This document shows positions 32,178 to 41,029 of a stretch of DNA of 64,000 nt, piece after piece. Position 1 is the first letter of the stretch; the number at the start of each line of letters is the position of its first letter. Where the stretch lies: the sequence record PQ327946.1. One strand, 5' to 3'. Source of the DNA: a phage. The notes below the pieces were generated by a model. That model did not search any database. It saw only the letters and a program-made list of their open reading frames with translations, and was not told the DNA's origin. The position numbers and the translations under genes were made by a program.

Positions 32178-32641
32178 AAAGAGTCTCTTAATAGGTTTAA
32201 CACATCAATAAATTCGGCTTCGGTTAATATTGTATCATCTTTTGTTAGGTGGCTGGCCATGCTGTGCTTCAAAATTTTTCCTTTAGAGGCTTGTAAGGCA
32301 TCGCGAAACCCCTTGTTTTGGATCGCGGCTTCAAAATATGCATTTGTGTATAATTCTTTCCACGCTTCAGAGTATCTTGAAAATGGAACTCCTAACCAGA
32401 AGAGAGTCCCACGGTCCTGAGCTCTTGCATAAGACCTTCCAGCTTGCTGTGCGGCCAGACCTGACAGCCCAAATATACGTCTTTGTTGTTCAACATTTTT
32501 CACCTTACATCCTTGGAGAAATCCTTCAAGACCTCCGAATTGAATACCATCCATAACAAAAGGCCATTGAGCAAAGTTACTTAATGCACATGACGGCCAC
32601 TTGAAATTACTTCTTATTTCTAATTCAGACATCTTTAACAC
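32174..32641 (-). CDS. NADAR (YbiA/DUF1768)-like protein (30.3-like)
   Basis: 155 aa; N-terminal signature LSNFAQWPFVMDGIQF..LEGFLQGCK resembles the NADAR core FSNF..P...DG..F..E..FQ..K. Confidence 0.45.
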   Translation of the reverse strand: MLKMSELEIRSNFKWPSCALSNFAQWPFVMDGIQFGGLEGFLQGCKVKNVEQQRRIFGLSGLAAQQAGRSYARAQDRGTLFWLGVPFSRYSEAWKELYTNAYFEAAIQNKGFRDALQASKGKILKHSMASHLTKDDTILTEAEFIDVLNLLRDSL

Positions 32642-32837
32642 TTATAATTTCAACATCAGCCCAATGACCGTAACTAGGCAGACGGTCTTCAATGGATAAA
32701 CCACCGTCATTTTTAAGCATTTTAATTGTCTTGATATACGGTTCATCCTGTGGATGAATAGGCGAGCAGTCAGTCACACGATAAGTAACTTCGACCATTT
32801 CCGTGCCTAACAATTTCTGGATTAATTTATTCAACAT
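32625..32837 (-). CDS. hypothetical protein (70 aa)
   Basis: ORF in compact minus-strand operon. Confidence 0.3.
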   Translation of the reverse strand: MLNKLIQKLLGTEMVEVTYRVTDCSPIHPQDEPYIKTIKMLKNDGGLSIEDRLPSYGHWADVEIISVKDV

Positions 32838-33036
32838 GTTTCAACCCTTTAATAGGAGATAACTCTTTACCCATACGTATGTCAGAAGTCCAATCAACCC
32901 ATTGAACAGCATACGCTTCATTGATAATTCCAGCGGCGGTTTTAAATTCAGGGAGAACTTTAAAAATCACCCCAGGGATTCCAACACCTTTTAATTGGAC
33001 TGTTTGTGCTATTAAAAATTTCATATTTTTTTCCAC
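32827..33036 (-). CDS. hypothetical protein (69 aa)
   Basis: ORF in compact minus-strand operon. Confidence 0.3.
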   Translation of the reverse strand: MEKNMKFLIAQTVQLKGVGIPGVIFKVLPEFKTAAGIINEAYAVQWVDWTSDIRMGKELSPIKGLKHVE

Positions 33037-33080
33037 TTACTAAAGAAATCATTATACTCTAATCCGTCCTTGGATGTACA

Positions 33081-33695
33081 CTACTTAATGAAATTAATTT
33101 CTACCGGATGAACAACAGGTTGAGCAGTGATATATTGAGTAATTGCTTTCATGACTAGAGCTTCAGAACCAGGATTTTTCTCAACGAATTCACGTGCTCG
33201 GTTATGAGCTTCGAGTTCACTCAATAAACCGGAACGTTGGCATCCACGGTCTTGAGTACCCTGTTCAGATAAAAGGACTACTACATATTTTTCATCGTCG
33301 TAGGGCTTAGCCAGTTGAGCAAATGTTCCTTTACTTCCAAAAGGAGAGTTATGTCGCCACATCACGCCGTGAGGAGTTTCAACCTTCGTATATTCGTGCG
33401 GGCCATTTTTCTTAGTTTCTTGATGTGGAACTTCATAGACCTTAGGGTTAGGACATTCAATAAAATGCTCATCTAAATCGGTCGAGAATATTAAAGTAAA
33501 ACAATTACTGAATTTACCAACACCCGCCTGATAAATTTTACCTTCAGAAGTTCTAATTTCACAAACCGAGCCGGCATCAGTAACTTCTAAAACTTCAAAA
33601 GGCTCAATAAGGTCATATGAGAACATGTTTTTAAGGCGTGGAGTAATATCCCCATTTTTAAAATTCATTTTATAAAAAGTATTAACTTTAAACAT
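33081..33695 (-). CDS. hypothetical protein (about 204 aa, start trimmed to MFKVNTFYK)
   Basis: Track ORF 33081..33725 overlaps an upstream UUCG hairpin; the internal Met has a GAGGAAA Shine-Dalgarno. Confidence 0.4.
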   Translation of the reverse strand: MFKVNTFYKMNFKNGDITPRLKNMFSYDLIEPFEVLEVTDAGSVCEIRTSEGKIYQAGVGKFSNCFTLIFSTDLDEHFIECPNPKVYEVPHQETKKNGPHEYTKVETPHGVMWRHNSPFGSKGTFAQLAKPYDDEKYVVVLLSEQGTQDRGCQRSGLLSELEAHNRAREFVEKNPGSEALVMKAITQYITAQPVVHPVEINFIK

Positions 33696-33730
33696 AATTT
33701 CCTCAGTGGGAGCCGAAGCTCCCAATTAAT

Positions 33731-34096
33731 TTAGATATCAAATTCGTTAAGAACTACATCAAAGATTGCTTCGAGATGTTCAGGTTTAGCTCGGTTACTC
33801 AGGATATGACGAATCCAAGTTTTAACCAGAAGTTTACGATTAACACCATTCCAGCAAGGATGAGTACCTAAATCACGCTGACGGAAATCATCATCTAATG
33901 CAATTTTAAAATTTGAACCTTCCATCGTGATTGAAACCGTGATACCATTTTCAAATCGCATATAAACGTAATTAGGAGTCATGCACTGTTCGATTTCACA
34001 AACTGTACCATTTTCGTGTTTCCATAAGCAAATAACTTCAGAAGAACCAGCAATACCGTTAGAAACATATTTACGTTCGAAGTTGGTGTAGTTCAT
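33731..34096 (-). CDS. hypothetical protein (121 aa)
   Basis: ORF preceded by early-promoter-like motif. Confidence 0.4.
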   Translation of the reverse strand: MNYTNFERKYVSNGIAGSSEVICLWKHENGTVCEIEQCMTPNYVYMRFENGITVSITMEGSNFKIALDDDFRQRDLGTHPCWNGVNRKLLVKTWIRHILSNRAKPEHLEAIFDVVLNEFDI

Positions 34097-34137
34097 TTTA
34101 TTCTCCGGATGTTTAAGTTGTTTGTTGGTACAGGTCT

Positions 34138-34166
34138 ATAATAACATAACCTGTACCAAAGTAAAC
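34138..34166 (-). promoter_or_regulatory. early promoter
   Basis: GTTTAC-N17-TATTAT; flanked by inverted repeat GGTACAGGT/ACCTGTACC. Confidence 0.5.
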
Positions 34167-34170
34167 TGTT

Positions 34171-34539
34171 TTATGCAACTTTAATCCAATTGTCTAAATT
34201 TAAAACACCTTTGGCTTTCATTTTTTCGATCAGGTTATCTGCTGTAATGCGTCCATTTTGATACCATGTAACATCTTCAGAGTAACCAGTTTCTTCGTCA
34301 ACATATGTTTCTGAACGAATTTTACCGGTAATAATAGTTTTTAATTCGTATGTGTCACCTGTGAAAAAGTTTGCTAACACAATTTTCCAAGAGAAATCAT
34401 CTGAAGGACCTTCAGGGGTCATACAACCTACGAACTCAAATTGCTCTTTGTATAACATCCACTGGAATTCTTTAATTTCGATAGCTTTATAACCGTCTTG
34501 GTCTTTACATTTGATGTATGAGTTCAGATTGATTTTCAT
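34171..34539 (-). CDS. hypothetical protein (122 aa)
   Basis: ORF preceded by early-promoter-like motif. Confidence 0.4.
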   Translation of the reverse strand: MKINLNSYIKCKDQDGYKAIEIKEFQWMLYKEQFEFVGCMTPEGPSDDFSWKIVLANFFTGDTYELKTIITGKIRSETYVDEETGYSEDVTWYQNGRITADNLIEKMKAKGVLNLDNWIKVA

Positions 34540-34580
34540 TTTATTCTCCGATTGTTTTATTGATTAGGCGGTACAAGTCT

Positions 34581-34609
34581 ATAGTAACACATCCTACAGG
34601 AGAGTAAAC
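34581..34609 (-). promoter_or_regulatory. early promoter
   Basis: GTTTAC-N17/18-TACTAT upstream of ORF 34171..34539. Confidence 0.5.
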
Positions 34610-34639
34610 ATCTTTTTTAAACTTTTTCTGCCCTAAACG

Positions 34640-34664
34640 CACAAAAGGGAGACCGAAGTCTCCC
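34640..34664 (-). terminator. terminator after the 59-aa basic ORF
   Basis: GGGAGAC-UUCG-GUCUCCC followed by UUUUG on the minus strand. Confidence 0.65.
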
Positions 34665-34669
34665 TAAAA

Positions 34670-34849
34670 TTATGCAACAACCTTTCCAAAACGAGAAGCA
34701 TCATCTCGAAGAACTGCACGTGCTCTGCGCATGATCTTCTCAACTGTTTGATTAATACGAGAGTTCGACCCACGCTTGTATCCAGCGCGTTTAGAGGTAC
34801 CATCAACTTTCTTTTCAACTGCTTTCTTTGCTTTAGCTTGTTTTGCCAT
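34670..34849 (-). CDS. small lysine-rich basic protein (59 aa), not in ORF track
   Basis: Translation MAKQAKAKKAVEKKVDGTSKRAGYKRGSNSRINQTVEKIMRRARAVLRDDASRFGKVVA; AAAGAG upstream of ATG; stop followed at once by a GGGAGAC-UUCG-GUCUCCC terminator. Confidence 0.45.
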   Translation of the reverse strand: MAKQAKAKKAVEKKVDGTSKRAGYKRGSNSRINQTVEKIMRRARAVLRDDASRFGKVVA

Positions 34850-35111
34850 TATAAATTCTCTTTAAATGAAAATGCAGGACTTATTGACATTGCCTGCTCA
34901 AGCCCTCAAGGGGAACATAGGTTTTGGATATTTAACGACAGGATAACCATAAACCCGTCATCATACCTACCACGACTTACACAGATAACACTTTTCTGAC
35001 GCATGATAGTAACATTCAAGAGGTACACCGTAAAATTGTCGGGGCGGTACTTCTAAAACATACCGATTCGCAAATCGATAATCAGACAATTCGACGGCTC
35101 CTCGATTTAAC

Positions 35112-35360
35112 TTACTTCAGGGTAATAACAAAATGACGAACTGCTTTGCGTGCTGCAGAAGCCAGAGGCTTAGCATATTTCAATTCATCTTTAGCTTCCA
35201 GTTCAGAAGCCAGAGTAGCCTGAGCAGGATTCAGATGTTTGAAATATCGCAGGATTTCCAGTGCTTCGGCTTCAACATCAATTGACGCACCGTAGTTTTC
35301 GTGACCGTTATTCCATGCGTTTCGTTGCAGTTCAAGAGCGTGTTGTAATTGTTTAATCAT
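35112..35360 (-). CDS. rIII: rIII lysis inhibition accessory protein
   Basis: 82 aa; T4 rIII-like; late promoter upstream. Confidence 0.8.
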   Translation of the reverse strand: MIKQLQHALELQRNAWNNGHENYGASIDVEAEALEILRYFKHLNPAQATLASELEAKDELKYAKPLASAARKAVRHFVITLK

Positions 35361-35476
35361 TTTAAATTCTCAATTCGAGATAATATTTAGTAGCCACGTT
35401 CGTCTGAATTTCACCTTCTTTCGACAGGTCTCTCAGTTGTAGGCTACCGCTTAGAAGAGTGTTCTCTTCATATAGT

Positions 35477-35484
35477 TATTTATA
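35477..35484 (-). promoter_or_regulatory. late promoter TATAAATA for rIII
   Basis: TATAAATA on minus strand just downstream of gene 31 stop. Confidence 0.5.
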
Positions 35485-35817
35485 TCACTTATAAAGACAC
35501 GGAATAGCTTTATAGTGGCATGTTACGAATTTCTGTTTAATTTCTTTAGGTTGTTTAAGTCCCAAAGCCACAAATGGATGTGGAACATTTCGAATTTGTC
35601 CAACTGGTAGTGGAGTCAAATCACCGACTTCAACAAAACCTTCAGGAACATCAGGACCTACAGAATGAACTACACATAGTTCAGGAACTTCACCTTGAAC
35701 ACGTTTACCAATCACAAGTCCTGATTCTGTAACTTCTTCATCACCTGCTTGAGCGGGTTCAGAAACCAGAATGACATATTCACCAACAGCACGAATTGGG
35801 AGTTGTACTTCAGACAT
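35485..35817 (-). CDS. 31: gp31 co-chaperonin (GroES-like)
   Basis: 110 aa; T4 gp31-like; MotA-box middle promoter upstream. Confidence 0.85.
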   Translation of the reverse strand: MSEVQLPIRAVGEYVILVSEPAQAGDEEVTESGLVIGKRVQGEVPELCVVHSVGPDVPEGFVEVGDLTPLPVGQIRNVPHPFVALGLKQPKEIKQKFVTCHYKAIPCLYK

Positions 35818-35845
35818 CTTATTTCCTTGTTGTTTGACGATAGAT

Positions 35846-35874
35846 TAATAATACCATACTATTCGTAAAGCATA
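35846..35874 (-). promoter_or_regulatory. MotA-dependent middle promoter for gene 31
   Basis: Minus strand ATGCTTTA, 12 nt, TATTAT. Confidence 0.55.
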
Positions 35875-36183
35875 TTACATAAGAAGCAAACGCTCCGCCG
35901 GAGTACCATCAACCGAAATTACTTTATCAAGGCGGAAAGAACGCCACTGGCCTAACTTGGTATCGAATGCTCGAACTGATTCACGAGGTTCATAACGAAC
36001 TTCTGTTGCTGGATTGTTATTTTCATATTTGACTTCAAGTTCATCGCGCGAAGCAAACATAGTGCGTACCTCGCCGTTAGCCTTTTCAAATACAACACAA
36101 TGAACGCCTACAGACAGAATAGTTTTAATACGTTCACGAAGAACCATAGTTTCTTGTTCAGTTAAAATCATATTATTCACCAC
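35875..36183 (-). CDS. hypothetical protein (31.1-like, 102 aa)
   Basis: ORF between cd and 31. Confidence 0.4.
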   Translation of the reverse strand: MVNNMILTEQETMVLRERIKTILSVGVHCVVFEKANGEVRTMFASRDELEVKYENNNPATEVRYEPRESVRAFDTKLGQWRSFRLDKVISVDGTPAERLLLM

Positions 36184-36754
36184 AAAAGTTTCGGATTTGT
36201 TCCCAATTCAGAGAACGAAGATTATTACGAGAGTACTGAATTACTTCAATACCAGCTTGTTTAAGAATGTCTGCCCAATTTTCAGGAGATCGGTCATATA
36301 ATTCTGCATATACAACCTTTTTAATACCTGACTGTGTAATAGCTTTAGTGCAATCAGGACATGGAGAAAGTGTCGTATACAACGTAGCACCTTCAATAGA
36401 ATTACCTTTGCGAGCAGCAAACAAAATGGCATTCAATTCTGCATGGATTTCATTATTAGCAGACCATGCACTATGAGCGGCCCGATGTTCTTTAGCCAAA
36501 ACAAAATTATCTGCCCGTCCAAATGATGTAGTGCCTTCTTTATGCCCAGCAACGATGACCGGGCTTGGTTTATTCTTCAACCAACCGTTTTCGGATGCAT
36601 GTTCACAACAGTTAACACCACCTGCAGGTGAACCATTATATCCGGTAGAAATAATGCGTCCATCTTTTTCAATGACGGCACCAACTTTCCATGAACAACA
36701 TTTTGATTCTTGAGAAATCAGATATGCAATCTGAAGGTATGTGCTAGCTTTCAT
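36173..36754 (-). CDS. cd: dCMP deaminase
   Basis: 193 aa; zinc-binding deaminase motifs HAELNAI and SPCPDC. Confidence 0.9.
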   Translation of the reverse strand: MKASTYLQIAYLISQESKCCSWKVGAVIEKDGRIISTGYNGSPAGGVNCCEHASENGWLKNKPSPVIVAGHKEGTTSFGRADNFVLAKEHRAAHSAWSANNEIHAELNAILFAARKGNSIEGATLYTTLSPCPDCTKAITQSGIKKVVYAELYDRSPENWADILKQAGIEVIQYSRNNLRSLNWEQIRNFCGE

Positions 36755-37746
36755 TATTGAACCTTATTAATATAAGTTAACAGCTCTTTAGTTTGTTCCC
36801 AACTGATGCACGCATCGGTAATGGAAACGCCATAGGACATATTATCAGAAATTTTTTGATTTCCTTCATGTAGGAATGATTCTATCATAATTCCTTTGAC
36901 CAAATCATTAGCTGCTAAATTTTTACCAATACCAATTTGATTGCTATAATGTCCAGCAGCGTTTGCATGGCTACAGTCAACCATTACATAATGATTCAGA
37001 CCTACTGCACTTGCTTTGTTAGAAGCTTCTTGAATATCAGAAGAATGATAGTTCGGGCCGTTGGTCCCGCCACGCAATACGATATGCGTATTCTGATTAC
37101 CTTCAGCTTCAACAATGCCTACAGTACCATCGACGTCCATACCCATATACCGATGAGGCCAGGCGGCACTATACATCGCGTCTGTAGCTACTTTAATAGA
37201 ACCATTGGTTGCGTTCTTGAAGCCTACGCACATCGGTAGACCTGAAGCAATTTCACGATGTGTCTGACTTTCAGTCGTACGGGCGCCAATAGCAACCCAT
37301 GAGAAAATACCAGAAAGATACTTAATCGTGAATGGGTCTAATACTTCAGTTGCTAATGGAAGTCCCATACGTAGAAGTTTACGACACAATGTTCGTGCAA
37401 CTATAAGACCGTGGTTCATATCAAAACTTCCGTCAAGATATGGATCATTTACAAGACCTTTCCAACCTACGGTAGTTCGAGGCTTTTCAAAATAAACGCG
37501 CATCACTAACAGAACATTAGGAAGACGAGTTTGAAGTTCAGCCAGACGTTTGCCGTATTCAACAGCAGCAATAGGGTCATGAATTGAACAAGGACCTACA
37601 ACAATAAGTTTGCGTGGGTCTTCACCGTTCATAATCGAATTAACTTGTTCGCGATGAGAAGCCACTTGTGATGCGTAAGCTTCCGACAAAGGAATAATCT
37701 CAGCCAGTTCTTTTGGAGAAATAAGTTTTCTGATGACAGGTAACAT
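36754..37746 (-). CDS. 3-deoxy-D-arabino-heptulosonate-7-phosphate (DAHP) synthase, class I-alpha (AroG/AroF/AroH family)
   Basis: 330 aa with family motifs GPCSIHD, KPRTTVGWKGL, GARTTESQTHRE, DCSHAN, IESFLHEGNQ, SITDACI; stop/start fused to cd. Confidence 0.85.
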   Translation of the reverse strand: MLPVIRKLISPKELAEIIPLSEAYASQVASHREQVNSIMNGEDPRKLIVVGPCSIHDPIAAVEYGKRLAELQTRLPNVLLVMRVYFEKPRTTVGWKGLVNDPYLDGSFDMNHGLIVARTLCRKLLRMGLPLATEVLDPFTIKYLSGIFSWVAIGARTTESQTHREIASGLPMCVGFKNATNGSIKVATDAMYSAAWPHRYMGMDVDGTVGIVEAEGNQNTHIVLRGGTNGPNYHSSDIQEASNKASAVGLNHYVMVDCSHANAAGHYSNQIGIGKNLAANDLVKGIMIESFLHEGNQKISDNMSYGVSITDACISWEQTKELLTYINKVQ

Positions 37747-37866
37747 AACAATCCTTAGGAGATATAAACAGATTCTGATTCAACAATACCTTTAACCGGA
37801 TTAGACAGGCTAAGTTGGTAGTTCTCAGATTTATGACCATTCACGATAGTAATGAGATAGCTCTCA

Positions 37867-38103
37867 TTATAGTGTTCCATATACTCGAGTTGCTTCAACA
37901 AGACCATCACTGCCTAATTTAAGATTAGTAATTTGGTCACCATCTTTAGGATTAACGATTATGAGAAAAGAACGTGGAGATTCTTGAATAACTCGTAATG
38001 TTGCATCTTGGAAACGTTCAGACACTTTATTGATGAGTGCTTGAGCAAATTCTTTTACTTTAATCTGAAATTCGTGTACTGTAATTGGGTTTTCACTTAG
38101 CAT
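37867..38103 (-). CDS. hypothetical protein (78 aa)
   Basis: ORF downstream of early-promoter-like motif near 38133-38161. Confidence 0.35.
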   Translation of the reverse strand: MLSENPITVHEFQIKVKEFAQALINKVSERFQDATLRVIQESPRSFLIIVNPKDGDQITNLKLGSDGLVEATRVYGTL

Positions 38104-38132
38104 TTCTATTTCCTCATTTGTTGGTAGAGTTA

Positions 38133-38161
38133 TAGTATCACAACTCCACCATGTTGTAAAC
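38133..38161 (-). promoter_or_regulatory. early promoter for the accessory island / DAHP synthase operon
   Basis: GTTTAC-N18-TACTAT upstream of ORF 37867..38103. Confidence 0.5.
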
Positions 38162-38163
38162 CA

Positions 38164-38439
38164 TTAAATTGCTTTGCATTCAATTTTTTGTGTACCGAAA
38201 TTGATATCACATTGGATAACTAAATCGCCGTCAAGATCAAATACCACTATGACGTGTGCAGACCCAGGGAGAAGAGTAATAGCAATAGAATCTACTTGGT
38301 CTGGGAGCAAAGCATTGAGTACATGAGTTAGTTGAGCATGAACTCTGAGTTCGGCTGCATTATCAAGCACTTCAAACATATTATTAGCAATAATCTGACT
38401 GAAGACTACCTTTACAATTTCAGAATAAGTTGGGAACAT
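38164..38439 (-). CDS. hypothetical protein (91 aa)
   Basis: ORF in accessory island. Confidence 0.35.
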   Translation of the reverse strand: MFPTYSEIVKVVFSQIIANNMFEVLDNAAELRVHAQLTHVLNALLPDQVDSIAITLLPGSAHVIVVFDLDGDLVIQCDINFGTQKIECKAI

Positions 38440-38446
38440 AATTACC

Positions 38447-38671
38447 TCAGTGCACAGTATTTACTTTAACTCGAACAACAAATCGCTCGGTTGGTTCACC
38501 TACAGGAACAAACTCTACATGATATTCACCTTTGTAACGAGTATTCAGATCGTTACGAATTCCTGCGAGTTTGTTGATTAATGTAGGACTCATATTAAGT
38601 CCCACTAGTTTACGAAGCATTTTGTATGCTTCATCTTCGATTTCATGATGTTTATCGTACATAGTTTTCAT
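38447..38671 (-). CDS. hypothetical protein (74 aa)
   Basis: ORF in accessory island. Confidence 0.35.
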   Translation of the reverse strand: MKTMYDKHHEIEDEAYKMLRKLVGLNMSPTLINKLAGIRNDLNTRYKGEYHVEFVPVGEPTERFVVRVKVNTVH

Positions 38672-38852
38672 TTAACCATTCAATTGCCTGGTCGACGTTA
38701 TCAAATATACTGCCGTCCAACCATTCTTCATGTTCATAGTCCAGCACATCAATACCGAACCGTCCATTTACTAAAGGCCATACGCAGAAGAAAAAGCATT
38801 TACGTTTTTCAATTTCTTCGATTGTACGAAAAATCTTTTCGATATTATTCAT
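38652..38852 (-). CDS. hypothetical protein (66 aa)
   Basis: ORF in accessory island; overlaps neighbours. Confidence 0.3.
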   Translation of the reverse strand: MNNIEKIFRTIEEIEKRKCFFFCVWPLVNGRFGIDVLDYEHEEWLDGSIFDNVDQAIEWLNENYVR

Positions 38853-39567
38853 AGGTTTTCCATTTGCGGCCTAATTGCCAATCAGGATGGCTCAATCTAG
38901 GGTCGTTTTCATCTGTTGTAGAAGATTTCTTACCTGAAATATGGATAAGCCATTTTCTGGATTTAGCTGCTTTAGAATAGTTTTCTTTTGCCTTATCTGA
39001 ACGAATCTTACCTTTATTCGCTTCGGATATTTTATTACCCCATTCTATAATAGCTTCTTCGCTCATAAAATCTTTTACATTTTTACCGTACATAGGATTA
39101 TTTTCGCCTTCAAATGAATTACCATTTTTAAGACGACTTTCTTTAGATTTAATCCCATGCCCTGGTAATTTCTTGCCTTTAATCCATGGCACGGCACCGT
39201 TTTTATATCTCTGTTTTTGTGTTTCTGAAATTTTTAATGAAGTTTCAGGGCTGGAATTAACATTAATACGGTTTTCATTGATATAATCCCAGCCTCCTTC
39301 TCCACCAGGTTTCAAATTATAATTAGTATCCAATTTTATAAATTCTTTAGTTACTAATTCGGCTTCTAAATCATATGCTTCTTGTTTAGTTTCAAATATT
39401 TTTATGATTTCTTTATTAAAAGAATCTTTACCATATTTTGATTCGGCATTTTTAAAAGCTGTACCAGAACCTAAATAAGAATCATTTTCTTTTAAGGTCT
39501 TATGAACCCCTATATAAATTTTGTTGTTAACCAAACATGTGGTTTTATACACAGTGTACTTTTCCAT
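38845..39567 (-). CDS. GIY-YIG homing endonuclease (Seg-like), start trimmed to MEKYTVYK
   Basis: GIY-YIG motif VYKTTCLVNNKIYIGVH..YLGSG; paralogous to the SegD-like ORF at 10926..11585; GAGGTGA Shine-Dalgarno before the trimmed start. Confidence 0.7.
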   Translation of the reverse strand: MEKYTVYKTTCLVNNKIYIGVHKTLKENDSYLGSGTAFKNAESKYGKDSFNKEIIKIFETKQEAYDLEAELVTKEFIKLDTNYNLKPGGEGGWDYINENRINVNSSPETSLKISETQKQRYKNGAVPWIKGKKLPGHGIKSKESRLKNGNSFEGENNPMYGKNVKDFMSEEAIIEWGNKISEANKGKIRSDKAKENYSKAAKSRKWLIHISGKKSSTTDENDPRLSHPDWQLGRKWKTYE

Positions 39568-39614
39568 TAGAATCACCTCTATAGATATTTATACTTAACT
39601 ATGGAGATTTCTAA

Positions 39615-40701
<1,087 letters not shown>

Positions 40702-40702
<1 letters not shown>

Positions 40703-41001
40703 TATTTTATTCCTAAGAAAATTTCAAGAATACGAATGTTATGCTCGCGCCGGTCTTTATTAATTTCAGCAACGTTTTTATTAATTGACGTACTTCTAAC
40801 GTTTGAAGAAATAAATTTAATCATATGACTTTTGAGTTGTTGCAAATCCAACCCTTTTTCTTTAGCAGCTTTACGAAGAGCTTTACCTGCTTCATCTAGT
40901 GCCTTTGCTGCATCTTTGTCATAATTGCCGAGTGACATTCCACGACAGATATCAATATACTCATCAGACCGTTTGATGTAATTCTCTAGTAATGTTTTCA
41001 T
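40702..41001 (-). CDS. hypothetical protein (99 aa)
   Basis: ORF; early promoter motif upstream near 41030-41059. Confidence 0.35.
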
Positions 41002-41029
41002 TTAGATTTCCTCAATTATCCATAGGAGC

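Noticed and set aside
33731-34539. Paralogy between the adjacent 121-aa and 122-aa ORFs
   Set aside because: The only shared feature is a short CMTP motif at a similar position; too weak to call a duplication without alignment statistics.
34633-34818. 61-aa ORF from the six-frame track
   Set aside because: It reads through the GGGAGAC-UUCG-GUCUCCC terminator hairpin and lacks a ribosome-binding site; the 59-aa ORF in the other frame (34670..34849) fits the signals better.
34850-35111. tRNA gene in the long spacer downstream of rIII
   Set aside because: No convincing cloverleaf, T-loop (GTTCRANYC) or acceptor-stem pairing could be found by eye; it remains only an ncRNA candidate.
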